Part shown: positions 63,813-64,000 of the stretch, one piece after another
How positions within the stretch are numbered: position 1 is the stretch's first letter
Layout: each line of letters begins with the position of its first letter
Source of the DNA: a virus
Direction: 5' to 3' (one strand)
DNA length: 64,000 bases
IMG/VR virus record: IMGVR_UViG_3300044731_000789
Span: 12,203-76,202 of that record
Made by a program: the position numbers and the translations under genes
Notes under the pieces: generated by a model
The model's database searches: none
Seen by the model: the letters and a program-made list of their open reading frames with translations, nothing else
Told to the model about the DNA's origin: nothing

Positions 63813-64000
63813 CCACTTGATAGCAAGGCTATCCCACTTGATAGCAAGGCTATCCCACTTGATAGCAAGGCTATCCCACTTGATAGCAAGGCTATCCCAC
63901 TTGATAGCAAGGCTATCCCACTTGATAGCAAAGCTATCCCAATTGATAGCAAAGCTATCCCAATTGATAGCAAAGCTATCCCACTTGATAGCAAAGCTAT
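63813..64000. repeat. Tandem repeat, about 9 x 21 bp CCAMTTGATAGCAARGCTATC, running off the window
   Basis: Read directly; internal inverted repeat GATAGC-N3-GCTATC. Confidence 0.97.

Noticed and set aside
63491-63994. 167-aa minus-strand ORF with SSGIALL repeats
   Set aside because: It is a by-product of the stop-free 21-bp DNA repeat; the conserved feature is the DNA palindrome and the rest of the ORF looks non-coding
63426-64000. CRISPR array
   Set aside because: The repeats are head-to-tail without unique spacers, and no cas genes are visible
1-64000. Stop-codon reassignment
   Set aside because: Core genes are full length in the standard code, and TAA, TGA and TAG all end genes at the expected positions

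Overview
AT-rich segment of a large T4-like myophage genome, almost entirely coded on the + strand in the standard genetic code. All calls come from reading motifs and synteny by eye; no database search was run. From left to right it carries: (1) virion genes ending in a gp3-like tail terminator fused to a lectin-like head and a repeat stalk; (2) the T4 core replication, recombination and late-transcription block (uvsY, uvsW, gp55, gp47/46, dsbA, gp45/44/62, regA, hsp20, gp43, uvsX, gp41, gp33, gp61); (3) nucleotide metabolism genes (thyX, nrdB, and an nrdA fractured by a split intein around an HNH endonuclease gene); (4) RNA-repair and translation helpers (two RNA ligases, Pth2, a macrodomain, atypical tRNAs); (5) a probable lysis module; (6) a long run of small early genes behind repeated sigma70 promoters; (7) a repeat-rich non-coding end. 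Selfish elements are a transposase-less TnpB that truncates a phosphoesterase gene, two related GIY-YIG endonucleases and two HNH endonucleases. The best candidates for something undescribed are a covarying two-hairpin antisense RNA driven by a late promoter hidden in the first codons of both GIY-YIG genes, a ~190-bp promoter-palindrome-terminator unit present twice 50 kb apart, a DnaA-box/sigma54 locus, a gp43 with a His at the steric gate, and the palindrome arrays at the right end.
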